Below, in pieces: positions 27,460 to 40,061 of a stretch of 64,000 nucleotides of DNA; within the stretch, counting starts at the first letter, position 1; each line of letters starts with the position of its first letter. Location of the stretch: the sequence record MK250028.1, one strand, 5' to 3'. The translations under genes were made by a program, and so were the position numbers. Below the pieces are notes generated by a model. It was not told where the DNA came from and did not search any database. It was given only the letters and a program-made list of their open reading frames with translations.

Positions 27460-29298
27460 TTATGAAAATATTATATATTTAACTTTTACAGGAATATCAT
27501 TAGGATTATATACTAATAAACTCTATAATAAATTTTTAATAGGTAATTGTTTATCATCATCTTTACCTATTAGCATATATCCATCACCAACTCTTAACCA
27601 TAAATCATTAGAAGAAAGATATTCCATGTACTTATATAATCCTATGATATTTTCTTTCATTCCGTCATGTGAATCAACAAATTTAATATTTGTTTTATTA
27701 GGATTATTTTCCCACATATCATTATCTTCACTATTTACATTAGCATCTATATACATATCTGGATTATGATACTTTATAGATTCACCTTCAAATTGTTGTC
27801 GTTCCTAACTTGCAGGAAATCTATAGAAATTATCATTTATATTCTAATTACTATCATATCCAGGAATATATAAGTTATCAAAACTATTTGTAAATCCGTC
27901 ATTAGATGAAATGTCATTTAACGGTAAATTATTATAATCTTCTATATATTGTTTCTTTTCATCTGGTATCAAAGCATTTATTTGAACAGTTGCTAATGCT
28001 TTTTCAAATAACATGGTTTTCTTCTATGAACGAATCTAACCACCAAAATATGAATTCAATATAGGTAATGGAACAGGTATACAAATCTCTACCTAATCTG
28101 CAACATGATTTACCCATAATACACTTGTATCATAATCTTCATCATCAGGCCAATTAGGAATCAAAACAATACCTCTCATAGATCCATTAGGGTATTTCAC
28201 GCATCCTATTCTCTTATTTAAATCTTCATAACAATTAGATGGTCCCATTGCATTTTTCATTTTAAATATAAATGATTTTATTTCATCTAATATTTTTACA
28301 ATATCATATATATTATAATAAGAAAAAACTCCTGTAAAATATTTCTTATAAATTTCTGGGTACTTCTATATAATAATATCATGAAATTTCTTTGAAAATA
28401 TTAATATACCATTCTATTCAAAACATGGTAAAAAGAATCTCTTTATAACATCTATTTCATATACAAATGTATTGAAATCATCTAATATAATATCACTTAA
28501 TTTAAGAAATCCTCTATAAATATCACATTCAATTCTATAATTATTATCAGATGCATTTTTTACTCCCGATAATCTTGGTTTATATTTTTCCAATAAACTG
28601 ATAATTAAATCTTTTGTTATTTCTGGTTCTACAAAAGGAGAATCTTCAAACTCACCAACTTCGCCTTTATTATTTTCGTCATTCCTACATATAGGAATGA
28701 TTTTCACATTACGAACGATAAAGTCATATCCTTCTTCTGTACTTTCAAAATTAATATAGTCTATTTGTGAATCTGAGGTATCTACATCGTCATAAATTTT
28801 GATTGATATAGAAACAGGTACCTTTAACTTATTTAATTGATTCTGGACCAAAATTACAAATGTTCCATAAGTTTCTCTTACAGTAGATGAATCGACATGA
28901 ACATTACATTTTTTATTATTCTACTTATAAAGAATATCAAACCCTATATTACAATAATTCTCGTAATCTTCTGTTGTTGATATAATTTCATTAATTAAGA
29001 AAAACTATGATTTATATGTTTCTCCATATTCATTTCCCTGAAGGAGATATGCTGAATGTGGTTGGAGAATTTTTGTCTCAACATTATATTGTGTTATACC
29101 AGCGGCATGAATAGTAGACATATCTATTGAAGCTAAAATATCTCCGTTTGAATCTGTTATCTATCCTTGTGAACCTGATATATCAAATGATGTGTCATCT
29201 TCATTTATAGAAGATGAACACTTATAACCTGAATCTGCTACACTGTTATCTCTTGAATATAATTGATAAAATAAATTCTTATTCTTTGTTGTTGCCAT
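27460..29298 (-). CDS. Hypothetical protein (612 aa), probably late/structural
   Basis: Continuous frame through several TAG from ATG 29298 to TAA 27460-27462; preceded by the 25-bp late-type motif. Confidence 0.8.
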
Positions 29299-29311
29299 TT
29301 CTGGTATATAT

Positions 29312-29336
29312 AAATTTCTTTTTATATTTATTAAAA
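29312..29336 (-). promoter_or_regulatory. Putative late promoter, exact copy of 15840-15864
   Basis: Reverse complement TTTTAATAAATATAAAAAGAAATTT, ending 13 nt upstream of ATG 29298. Confidence 0.65.
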
Positions 29337-29340
29337 TTAA

Positions 29341-29374
29341 AAAATGGAACCTATATTAAAATAAGTTCCATTTT
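29341..29374 (-). terminator. Intrinsic terminator of the tape-measure-like gene
   Basis: AAAATGGAAC...GTTCCATTTT stem with a T run on the minus strand. Confidence 0.7.
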
Positions 29375-29387
29375 ATATAATATATTA

Positions 29388-32300
29388 TTATGCATTCTTA
29401 AAGAAACCGTCTATCGTAGTATTCTTAAAATAGAATGTAACTCTACCTTGCATAGGCATGTTATTACCGTAATAATTATGGTTTGTATTGCCTGGTCTAT
29501 TTGACTGATGAATACCTTGTTGTTGAGTAACAACTCTATTACCTGGTTGAACAACTTGATGTTGCTATGTATTACCTTGTGACTTATTAGTATTACTTGG
29601 TGTATTTGTAGTAATAAGGTCAAGTAATTCTCTAATACCATCAAATCTACTAAGAATCTTATTCTCATCAAGACTTTCAAATGCAAAGCGCATTCTATCT
29701 ACGGCAGTCGCTATATTATTAACTTTATTAGCAAACTCTTGCAATGCTTGATTACGTTTCTTTTCATTATTAATAATCTAATCATCTAATGCTTTAAGTG
29801 CCTTACGAGCAGATTCAAGCTTTGTCGTATATATTTCTACTTTAGATGTTGTTACCTAAATCTAAGATGTAAATGTTTTTAACCTTGATGTATAAGTTCT
29901 TAATGAACCAGAAGTTACGTTCATATTTCTGTTTATTTCGGGAGACGTTAATCTCTTTATATTATTAATAAACATATCAATATGAAGACCTAACTATTTC
30001 TAACGATTCATTTCTCTTGAAAGATATATCATCTTCTCTGCAATTTCAAGATAAAGATCCATAAACTATCCTGTTGTTTGGAAATTAACTTTTTCTGAAT
30101 TATTAGATAATGATCTCATCTATGATTCCATCTTTGTTAATACAGTTCCGAACTAAGATACAATGGATGATGGTTTAACTTTATCATTATATGTAAGTTG
30201 ATTTATAATCTTTCTATATACACTGGCAATCTGATAAACGCCATCTACGAATTTCTTTGCATCTTTTGTACTCTATATAGATGTTTCGAATATCTTACTT
30301 GAGTTACTGAAATATGTTGCTAACTATGTCAATACAGATGTAAATTTAGTCGCAACTTCACTACCTTGTGATAATACTTTCCCTTGATCATCTGTCATCG
30401 CTTTGATAATTTTAGATAAAGAATCTACTGATTTTTTAATAGTTCCCATTACCTACATAACTATTTTTGCAGTTGATTGAATCTTATTATATTTCTCCAT
30501 ATTTTCTTTAGTAGAAAGATTATCAGAAATAATAGTAATAAAATCTACAAATGCATTAGCGATATTTTTAGATATTGTTCTAATAAAATTAGGTTGTAAA
30601 CACAAATAATCTTTAGACTATGCTGTTGTTCCTTTCTTATTAGATGTTAATCCTAAGAATGGTTTTAATGTTGCTGAGAAATTTTTAACTGCAGTCATTA
30701 TAGGATTTATAGTATTCTTTATAATATCTGCAATAGATTCTGCTTTTTCTATAAAACCTTCATTTGCAAAACTTTGTACAAGATAATTTATAAATTCTAC
30801 AAACATTCTGCCAACTTCTCTTGCAGCCTATGTAAATGCTCCTTTTTTAAGTTTCTTAGTAATAGGTATTAATTTACCATCTTTATCTTTTTTATAATGA
30901 TCTACATAAACACCTGTAGCTAACTTTAATATTGCATCTACATATTTTCCTAATCCTTCCATAACAGGTCCAACAGAACCACCTATTGCATTTAATGCAT
31001 CCTCTGTTTTATTTCCCCAAAAAGAACCATGTCTTTCAAATACTGTAACTAACTCATCTATAAAAATACCAAATGTAGTTGCTACCGAAATAGCTGCATT
31101 TAAGAAGTCATCCGATGTTACTTTAGCTAAATGTGGAACTGTATAATTACCGTCTTTATCTTGCATATAGTAATCTGTATATGTTCCTGTTGCTAGTTTC
31201 ATTATTGCATCAACAAATTTACTAACACCATCCATAATAGGCATAATAGAATCTTTCATTGCATCCATTGCCCATATCATATTAGGTTGTAATTGTTTAA
31301 ATGATGTCCCAAGCTATTCTATAAAATTACCAAATGAAGCTGATACAAATATAGCAGATGTAAAGAATATAGAAGGGTCAACCTATTCATATTCGGGTTT
31401 ACCATTTTTATCATATCCTGTTACTATTTGCATCGTTGCAACTTTAATAACTGTATCAACAAATTTAGAAACTGCATCCATAACGGGTTCCATTACCTAT
31501 CCAACAGTAGATATTGCTAACATTGCTTTAACTGACATCTTATCAAACGCGTCACTTAAACATTGTAAAAATATGCTAAACTATACAGATATAGCAAGAG
31601 CTGCGTCACTAAATTTTGTTGCTGTTAATTTCTTATATATTGGGTTCTTCTTATTATCATATCCTATAATATATGTTCCTGTTGCTAGTTTCATTACAAC
31701 ATCTACAAATTTTCCAACAGTATCAATAATAGGATTAAGCGCTAATGTTAACACGCTTAATACAACAAGTTTTAAAGCAACCATTGCGTTAAATCCGGCA
31801 CTTAATTTAGAAATAAATGTTGTAAATCCATTTGTAACTGCTTCTGCTGCCTATTCAAATACAGTTGCTGGTAAATGTTCATACATAGGTTTACCATTAT
31901 CATCATATCCTGCTATATAATTCATTGTAGCAACTTTCATTATAATATCAATATATTTTGATATTGTATTTAATATAGGTCTTAATGCTAATGAAATAAC
32001 TAATGCCATTTCAGTTCCATTAAAACCGCTAAATGCTTTAACAATAGCTTGCATAGAACCTAAAACACTATTTTTATCATCATTACCTTTACCTATCATC
32101 AATTCAGAAAATGTTTGAATCATCTTAGCATTACATATTTCTGTTATATATTTCATCTCAGAAACAGTTAATGCTAATACACCAAATACTGCCATAATAA
32201 TAGGTGAAAAAGCTGCTGCCGCTGTTGCCTATACCATCTATACAGGATTTGGAGCTGCTGCTTTTATAACATCAAACATTACTTCAAATAATGTTACTGC

Positions 32301-35300
32301 AGTCTCCCCTGTTTTTTTAAGTTTCTCAGTATTATATGGTAACATTAATTCCAACGCTTTCATGAATAATATCATGGTTCCTGTTACAACAGTCATCACA
32401 CCTGCAATTGCCGTCATTACTACAGCACCTAATGTAATAAATGGAAGAATAGGCGTCATCGCACCTAATGCAGTCATAAATGTTCCCATAATAGTTAACA
32501 AACCTATCATTGTAGCTGCACCTAAAAATACTGCGCCACCTTTATTTAAATCATCAATTTTCTTTGCTTCCCATGCGAATAAAACCATTGTTCCTCCAAC
32601 AATATCCATCACTGCACCAATAGCGGACATAACAATACCACCTATAATAGTATCTGGTAAAAATTTCTCTAATTTAGAAACACCGTACATTACCAAACCC
32701 ATTAGACCTAAAACACATGCCATAACAGCAGCACCTAAAAATACTGCACCACCTTCATTTAATTCTAATATTTTCTTAGATTCTATTGCAAATGCTAAAC
32801 ATGCAGCCCCTGTTACTAACATAACTATTGCAACTGCAGTCATAATAACTGCACCAACTGCTAATTCAACTGCATACTTATCTGCGAATTTTCCTATAAA
32901 GAATAATACAGTTCCAAATATCGCTAATGTTCCTATCACAACACCTGCACCTATTAATGCGTCGTCCCACATTTTACCAATAGGAATCAATATATCTTTA
33001 ACAATCAATGATATACCTAATAAAATAAATGCCATTGCCGCTGTTGCAAATATTGCATATGCTGCTTTCTTACCATCTACTTTAGCCAAGAAATAAGTAC
33101 CTGCAATAAGAGTAATAATAATGAATAATGTAATACCCATTCCTATACCGGCTTCTTTACCATTCTAACCTATAGGAATAAGTAAATCTTTTGTAATCAA
33201 TGCAATACCCATATAAATAATTGCGAGAGTAGCGGTTGCAAGAACACCCCATAAAGCATCTTTACCTTTTACCATATTCAATACATAAACGCCTGCAACT
33301 AATCCTGTTATTATAAACATTGTTACTATTGCACCTAAATAAACTTCAGGTGCTTTCTTTCCAATAGGTATTAAAAACGCAACAGATATAATAGCAACCA
33401 ATGCAAACACAGCAGATATTTTAATAAGATTATTTACCCCTCTATCTATACGTTTACCATGTTTATCTAATGATTTAACTGCAAATATGCCTAATGCTAT
33501 AATAAAAGATATAACCAACGCACCTTTTGATACATCATCTAATCTCTTGCCAATAGGTGCCAATAATGTTGCTGACACCAAAGCTATAATTGCAAATACA
33601 GCAGAAATCTTTAACATTGCATCTGTAGCGTATGTTAATTTCTTATTACCTATTTTAGACAATTTATTAACAATGAAAATAGTTCCAGCAGTAAATAAAG
33701 TAAGTATTCCTATAGATGCAAGTATAGTTTCCGTACTATTATTTTTAGCAGTTAACGATAATAATAACATTGATACAGATAATGACATAATCATTATTCC
33801 AATACCAGTTAAAACACCCTGTACATTTTTAAGACTCTTATCTAATTTCTTCTCTGATAAATCTTCTATCAAACTCTTAAATCCAGAAACAGCAACTCTC
33901 ATAACAATTAAACTTGCAATCACTGCAGTTAATCCAACAATCTTAGTTACAATAGATAATCCTATAATAATACCGCCTATCATACCTATTGCTGAACTTA
34001 AACTTCTTATTATAACCTATGCTCCTTTTACATCTTTAACTTTTAATTTTTTAGCTAAATCTGTAATAGTATTCTTCATGAATTTAATCAAATACCTAAC
34101 TACTAAAACAGATTCAATTATTGTTTTAAAAGATGTTATCTTTATAGTTAAAGCAATGAATACAATACCGTATAATAATGTTTTCAATGCATTATTCCAT
34201 GCATTCATAAAAGATGATAAAACTTTAACTTGTTTTACATCCCATTTTTCTTTTAATATTGTGTTAAAGAAATCTACTATTTTCTATGCACGTTTCTGTG
34301 TTAATGATTTTACAGCAAACATGAAATTAAGAATCTATATCTTCTTAATATCAAATATTACATTTAATAACTATACCATACTATTAACAGTTTGCGCAAC
34401 CGTTTTATTGTCTGGTATTTCCGTTGCAAATGCGACAAAGAAACTCGCAAGCATTTTAGCAGTAATAGGATTCAATACCTTCATTACTTTAAATATAGAA
34501 AACTTCTATTCAGGATCTGCTATCTTTACTAACGGATCTAATATACCACCAATATACTTAACATTCTCACTTATTTCTTTTCCTTTTAAATATTTAGCGA
34601 TCTATCCTATGAACTAACCTAATTGTCTGCCTAATAACCAACCTCTTATAGGATTAAGACTTATCTACATTTTAAAAACATTTGATGTTACCAATGCGGA
34701 TAATCCTCCCATCAAGTCTCCAATGGGTTTAATTATTTTTTGAATATCTTTATTTTTTAATTTCGTTTTACTAATAGACGAAACTAATGCAGATATAAAT
34801 TTGCCTAAACGTTGTGCAGTTTTAACGTCAAGCTTTCCAATATTTTCCTATAACTTAATCATATCAAGAGCAACAAGTTTGGACATTGTTTCAACAACTG
34901 CTTTAATTATACCGACACTTCGTCCTACTGATTTAGAATTCTATATTGTTAACCCTTGTATAAAATCAACTATTTTTTTTGCACCTTCTGCATTTATTTC
35001 TGTCATTTTATTAATAGCTTTCAGAAAACTATCAATATTTGTAAATGTATTGTCATCAACTTTAAGACTTGATAAAACTGTATTTACATTTCCTATAGAT
35101 GTGGCAACTTTATTCAAAACATCATTGTCAATCTATTCCATGGATACAAGTCCTTTTGACAACTTCTCCAACTATTCTCCAACAGTTGCTGCTGATTCCT
35201 CTTTAGCTGTCTCAACGATACCCTATAACAAACTGACTATAGTAGAATCAGCTTTCTGTTCAATAGTTTCTTTCTTTTTCTCCTATTGCTGACTTACCAT

Positions 35301-35357
35301 AGTGTCCAAAATATTAAATATACCGTTAAGTGCTTCTTCTGAAGACATTTGTGCCAT
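29388..35357 (-). CDS. Tape-measure-like protein (1989 aa) with a multi-pass hydrophobic block and five ~80-aa repeats
   Basis: Seven in-frame track ORFs joined through TAG; ATG 35357 to TAA 29388-29390; helical Ala/Ile/Leu-rich; hydrophobic segments at 32238-34210. Product name is inferred. Confidence 0.7.
30790..31995 (-). repeat. Five ~80-aa repeats (P[IV]MDxVSKFVDxIMK[LV]AT..Y..GYD..GKP.Y)
   Basis: Translation shows KYIDIIMKVAT, KFVDVVMKLAT, KFVDTVIKVAT, KFVDAIMKLAT, KYVDAILKLAT. Confidence 0.85.
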
Positions 35358-35380
35358 ATCGTTTTAATGTAATTTAATTT

Positions 35381-35740
35381 TTACTTAGATGTTGTTTTCT
35401 TCTTCTGAACAACATAAACAGATTTATCTTTTAATGATTTTACTGTATATATAATACCGGAGTTTTTATCATATAATGTTCCATATTCATAAGCCTTATT
35501 ATTGTCACCATCTTTAATAGATGTTTTTATCCATTTATCATATTGAGGTAATGAATCTGACATAATTAAAGAATCTAATTGAGTAGAATTTAATGTATCA
35601 TTATTCATTGTACGTACGGATGTAATAGCAACTGAATATACAGAATCTTTTACCTAATTATTATTCTTTGTACCACATGAATTAAATGATACCATAAGGC
35701 TCAATAAAGAACCAACTAAAATATACTTTAAACTTTTCAT
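35381..35740 (-). CDS. Putative lipoprotein (119 aa)
   Basis: MKSLKYILVGSLLSLMVSFNS-C: signal peptide with Cys22, recovered by reading TAG codon 29. Confidence 0.7.
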
Positions 35741-35788
35741 ATTTTAAGTTTATTTAACTAAATATTTAATATATTTATTTTTAGAATA

Positions 35789-35817
35789 TAGACTATATCA
35801 TTATATTAATATATAAT
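35789..35817 (+). promoter_or_regulatory. Sigma70-like promoter TAGACT-N17-TATAAT
   Basis: TAGACT 35789-35794, 17-nt spacer, TATAAT 35812-35817; same architecture at 52438-52466 and 52554-52582. Confidence 0.65.
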
Positions 35818-35846
35818 TTATTATAAGTAAAACTATATATTCAAAT

Positions 35847-36356
35847 ATGGCAAGAAAAAAGAAAGACAATGATGAAGAAGTTGAAAAAATAAAAACTCCT
35901 AAAGCTATTGGTCCATATGACATTATATCTATGATGTTTACTAATTTTGAAGGATTCAATAAATTATCTAATACTATATTAGATAAGAATTTCTTTATGA
36001 TTAATAGAGTATTCAGTATTAAATATCCTTTACAAGGTGCATTATTTAATAGATTGAATATTAATACGGCAGGTGTTATTAAATCATGGGCAATGTTTAT
36101 ATCTAATAAAGAAGGATATGGGCGTGTGCCTTATTTTGTATATACAAAAGGTGCGAAAAAATCAGCAGTTTCAACATCAAAAACTGATAAATTAGATAAA
36201 GAATTAATTAAAGAATATTGTAAACGTTATAAAATTAATCTAAAAGATTTCGATATGTTAAATTCATTATATCATGATGAATTAATTAATGATGTTAAAC
36301 GATATGAAAAATTAATTTCTATTAAAGAACAAGAAAAAAATATTACAAAAAAATAA
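35847..36356 (+). CDS. Hypothetical protein, possibly a T4 gp62-like clamp-loader small subunit
   Basis: 169 aa, no TAG; NFFMINRVFS resembles the gp62 FMINRxLS segment (weak, from memory). Confidence 0.4.
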   Translation: MARKKKDNDEEVEKIKTPKAIGPYDIISMMFTNFEGFNKLSNTILDKNFFMINRVFSIKYPLQGALFNRLNINTAGVIKSWAMFISNKEGYGRVPYFVYTKGAKKSAVSTSKTDKLDKELIKEYCKRYKINLKDFDMLNSLYHDELINDVKRYEKLISIKEQEKNITKK

Positions 36357-36374
36357 AAATCATAATAAACAAAA

Positions 36375-37004
36375 ATGATGAAAATTTATCCACAAGATTT
36401 AGTTAAGTCAATTCAAAAAGTAATTGACTCAGGTAAAGTTGAAATTACAACTTTTAAGGATTACAATGAGAATTTTATTAAAGAAATAAATTCATGTGAG
36501 ATACATATTAAATTTACTATTGATAGTAATGACAAACGAGATGCAATTATAATTATTAATAATTCAGATATTACATCTCAATTTATTAATACATGGAGGA
36601 CATCAGCACCAGGTAAATTTATGGGTCGTGATTTTAAGAAAAATAATAAAGATTTTATTGGAAACACTCTTTATCATGTAGTTAAGTTTGAACTTAATGG
36701 AGAAAAAATGATGATATTGGTTCGACTACTTAATGAGATTACTCAAGATTGTACAGTAGAGGAAACAAAAGAACTTATTGAAGAATATGGTGACCTTACA
36801 ATTAGTGGAAAAATCTTTTCCCTTATTAAAATTGTAAGAGATAACAATAGAGATGGATGGAATTCATGGGATCGTTATAAATCACGTGATAATAATTATC
36901 ATATGAACCTTTATGAATCTTCATCATACATTGATGAAACAGATAATGACAATGACAATGAAGAAATTTCAGATGATTCTAGTGAATCTGAACCTTTATT
37001 TTAA
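36375..37004 (+). CDS. Hypothetical protein (209 aa), acidic C-terminus
   Basis: Track ORF, no TAG, ends TAA. Confidence 0.75.
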   Translation: MMKIYPQDLVKSIQKVIDSGKVEITTFKDYNENFIKEINSCEIHIKFTIDSNDKRDAIIIINNSDITSQFINTWRTSAPGKFMGRDFKKNNKDFIGNTLYHVVKFELNGEKMMILVRLLNEITQDCTVEETKELIEEYGDLTISGKIFSLIKIVRDNNRDGWNSWDRYKSRDNNYHMNLYESSSYIDETDNDNDNEEISDDSSESEPLF

Positions 37005-38053
37005 TGATTAAAGATATATCACAAATAAAGGATAAATCTGTTAGTTTTATAAAGGAATTTATTAATAACTGTACAATAGAAGAAAAAATAGATGCTCATT
37101 ATGTCATTGTTGAGATAACATCTAAACAACATATTACTATTAAAAAAGCAAATGGAAAAATAGTTGATAGAGTTGATATGATATTAAACAATATGTGGAG
37201 TCAATTAGTCACTGATTGGAATTTTATTAAACTTGCTAATCAGGAGTTTTTTAACACACATATTGGATATAATATATCGATGTTTTATTTTCCTAATAAT
37301 AAGCCTTTACTGACAGAATATCCAGATAATATAAAATATCTTATAGATAGAATTACATATAATGACGAATTAATTAATGTAGATTCATTTGTAAATAAAT
37401 TGAAATTAAAAGATAAGTTCAATATTCATATTAAACATAATTTAACAAAGAATTTATCAAATGAAATAGATACCATTAATAAAATTAACGGTGATAGAAA
37501 ATCAGATATTAATTATAAGTTATTATTTCAAAATATAATTGATAGATCTACATTATTAGCAAAAGAGCCTGAAGGATTTATTTATAAATGGAAAAAGAAT
37601 CTCTATCAGTTAACATATTATGATAGAGAAAAAATAATTCCAGAAAAAACTCAATATGAATATTTGCTTTGTGATTTTGTATCTTATTGTAAGTCACATA
37701 ATTATCAAGATAAGATTCATCATAGTTATGTAAAAACCGTATGTTCTTTATTCAATGATTATATAATTAATTGGGAAGAGGTAAATCATAATATTGAAAA
37801 TAATATAGATATAAACAGTATTCAATCACCATCATTAGGAACGACTTTTGATATGGGATATGAATATATACCTGATATTATTACAATGAATTTATGCAAA
37901 TCAAATGAATTATATAAAAGTATATTTAAAGTATTATTAGCGAACCTTCGTAGAGGAAAAGATAATAGTAAATGTATATACATGAATAAGAAACAAGTTG
38001 ATGATTGGAATATTATAATGAAAAATATTAAGATTAGAACTTTAACTATTTAA
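37004..38053 (+). CDS. RNA/DNA-ligase-fold nucleotidyltransferase-like protein (349 aa)
   Basis: EEKIDA (motif I-like KxDG) and EPEGFIYK (motif IV-like EGxxxK); start overlaps the upstream stop. Confidence 0.45.
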   Translation: MIKDISQIKDKSVSFIKEFINNCTIEEKIDAHYVIVEITSKQHITIKKANGKIVDRVDMILNNMWSQLVTDWNFIKLANQEFFNTHIGYNISMFYFPNNKPLLTEYPDNIKYLIDRITYNDELINVDSFVNKLKLKDKFNIHIKHNLTKNLSNEIDTINKINGDRKSDINYKLLFQNIIDRSTLLAKEPEGFIYKWKKNLYQLTYYDREKIIPEKTQYEYLLCDFVSYCKSHNYQDKIHHSYVKTVCSLFNDYIINWEEVNHNIENNIDINSIQSPSLGTTFDMGYEYIPDIITMNLCKSNELYKSIFKVLLANLRRGKDNSKCIYMNKKQVDDWNIIMKNIKIRTLTI

Positions 38054-38086
38054 TAAATATATAAAATTAAATATTTTTATAGAATT

Positions 38087-38353
38087 ATGACCCATATTCA
38101 TTATAATATAACAAGTACACATGTTAATCCAGAAATTCCAGGTGATAATATAGAAATTCATGAACCAAAGGAAAAACCGGTTGAGAAAATACCTGGTTGG
38201 ATGCATGTAGATCCTATAAGTACATAGATAGATTTAGAATCTGTTGCTTATCAATTATCAGATTATAAATTTACACCAGGGTTTAAAGTTACGGTAGATG
38301 ATTTACTTCATCCAAAACCTTTAGATTATGAGGCAACACCTAAATTTAAATAA
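38087..38353 (+). CDS. Hypothetical Pro-rich protein (88 aa)
   Basis: Absent from the track; one TAG (codon 46); TAATAAATAT upstream and a terminator downstream. Confidence 0.65.
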
Positions 38354-38356
38354 ATG

Positions 38357-38390
38357 AAAGAGGAATAACAAGCAAGTTATTCCTCTTTTT
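38357..38390. terminator. Bidirectional terminator
   Basis: AAAGAGGAATAAC/GTTATTCCTCTTT stem between convergent genes. Confidence 0.85.
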
Positions 38391-38401
38391 ATATTCTATA
38401 A

Positions 38402-38683
38402 TTAAATAGAATAATTAATATTCATAATATCAAAAAGTTGATTAAGATGATCTGTTGTTTGAACTTCTACAGATGCAACAGTATTATGTTCATCATTATC
38501 AATAATACATGTCCAATTTCTTCCTACCATATTTGTTTGTAAATTATGAATAGTTATTGTAAATGTATGATTAAGTTCTCCTACAGTTTTATAAAAGTAA
38601 TCTGCTTCATCAAAATCTGCAAAACCTTTATCATGATTATATTCAAATTTATGAAATAAAAGTAAATCCTTTGTAATATCCAT
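38402..38683 (-). CDS. Hypothetical protein (93 aa)
   Basis: Track ORF in a tightly packed operon, ends TAA. Confidence 0.75.
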   Translation of the reverse strand: MDITKDLLLFHKFEYNHDKGFADFDEADYFYKTVGELNHTFTITIHNLQTNMVGRNWTCIIDNDEHNTVASVEVQTTDHLNQLFDIMNINYSI

Positions 38684-38693
38684 GTTTAATTAT

Positions 38694-39548
38694 TTAATCT
38701 TCATCATTTAAATCCTCAAATTCTTCATATGATAATAGTAATTTATCATATTCTTTAATCATTGTAGATAAAATTTGTTTTTGCTCTGATACATACTGTT
38801 TATCAAAATGCCAACATTGTCCTGCATATTTACATGGAATAAACATACCGTTTTGACTTTCTAACATTATACAGAATGATGCCCAATTTACAACTGATTC
38901 TGAAAGTTCTTTCCAATTTATAGTTGAATTATTATAAAAACTCATAACACCATTCATTTGAGAAAATTGATTCCAACAATAATTATATGGCATATAGTCT
39001 CTATATTCATCACTATTTAAATCTGTGACAACAAATAGTATACCTCCAGTAAATTCATTAAATACATTATCGCCTACACCAATCAATTCCAAACATTTCT
39101 TCATCTTTGGAATTTCATATGTCATTGCTTTATATATAGAATATTTCTCATATATAACAGTATATTCATATTTTTCTGAAGTATGAAATACTGAACACAT
39201 TTTTGTTATATTTTCAAAAAGTGTTTTAATATTATCTTTTTGTTCTTCATATGAAACATATTTATTATAATCTCTTAATATTGTATATATAATATCATTA
39301 AATTTCATATGTAATTTCCCTTCTATCATTCGTGTAGTTTCATCCTCTTCATATTCAAAATCATCACTACCTCCATACTCATCCATATATCCTATAACAG
39401 GAATATGCATAGGTATTAATGGACTTTCTAAATAAGTAGGATTATTTCCAAGTTTATGCTTATTTCTACGACAAATAATAGCAATTACTTTCTCTCTATT
39501 CCTTATTGGAATTCTTGAATGAAATCCAGATACGCAAAAATCACCCAT
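38694..39548 (-). CDS. Hypothetical protein (284 aa)
   Basis: Track ORF, ends TAA. Confidence 0.8.
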   Translation of the reverse strand: MGDFCVSGFHSRIPIRNREKVIAIICRRNKHKLGNNPTYLESPLIPMHIPVIGYMDEYGGSDDFEYEEDETTRMIEGKLHMKFNDIIYTILRDYNKYVSYEEQKDNIKTLFENITKMCSVFHTSEKYEYTVIYEKYSIYKAMTYEIPKMKKCLELIGVGDNVFNEFTGGILFVVTDLNSDEYRDYMPYNYCWNQFSQMNGVMSFYNNSTINWKELSESVVNWASFCIMLESQNGMFIPCKYAGQCWHFDKQYVSEQKQILSTMIKEYDKLLLSYEEFEDLNDED

Positions 39549-39551
39549 AAC

Positions 39552-40037
39552 TTATTTTAAATTATTAATATAATCAGCCATCTTAGTTTTCCAATTGTTT
39601 GCCTTTGCAATATGACAAATATAGTTAACTGCATACTCAAAACAATTTTCTAATGTATTCCATGTCATATCAAATGAATGTGGATTTTCACCAAGAGTTT
39701 GTGCAAACTTACTTGAATATATAATATCAAAATACCAATCTTTATGCTCTCTATTATATCCAGGCTCGATAATAATACCAAGATGTTTTTCTAACCAATC
39801 AACTGCTTCAAATACAGTAGGTGCTGGAATCCAATTAGGCGACGGATATTCAACTTCCCATTCTTTATCGCGTTGACACAGATCTCCAGTATGCCATGTA
39901 CGTTCAGCAACAGTTTCACCATTCTTTGATTTAACACCTTTAATACCAATTGGTGTATTCATATACAAATCTTCTGTATATTCATCGAATCCTAATTTAT
40001 TAAGAATTTGTGAAGATGCAAAATTAATATGTTTCAT
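39552..40037 (-). CDS. Hypothetical protein (161 aa)
   Basis: Track ORF with an APTVFEAVDWL motif of a type common in phage hypothetical proteins. Confidence 0.8.
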   Translation of the reverse strand: MKHINFASSQILNKLGFDEYTEDLYMNTPIGIKGVKSKNGETVAERTWHTGDLCQRDKEWEVEYPSPNWIPAPTVFEAVDWLEKHLGIIIEPGYNREHKDWYFDIIYSSKFAQTLGENPHSFDMTWNTLENCFEYAVNYICHIAKANNWKTKMADYINNLK

Positions 40038-40061
40038 AATTATTTTATTTTATATTACATT

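Noticed and set aside
31573-35292. Long plus-strand ORFs 31573..31920, 32362..33096, 33487..34617 and 34801..35292
   Set aside because: Antisense shadows of the 1989-aa minus-strand gene; low-complexity Ile/Thr/Ala/Pro translations.
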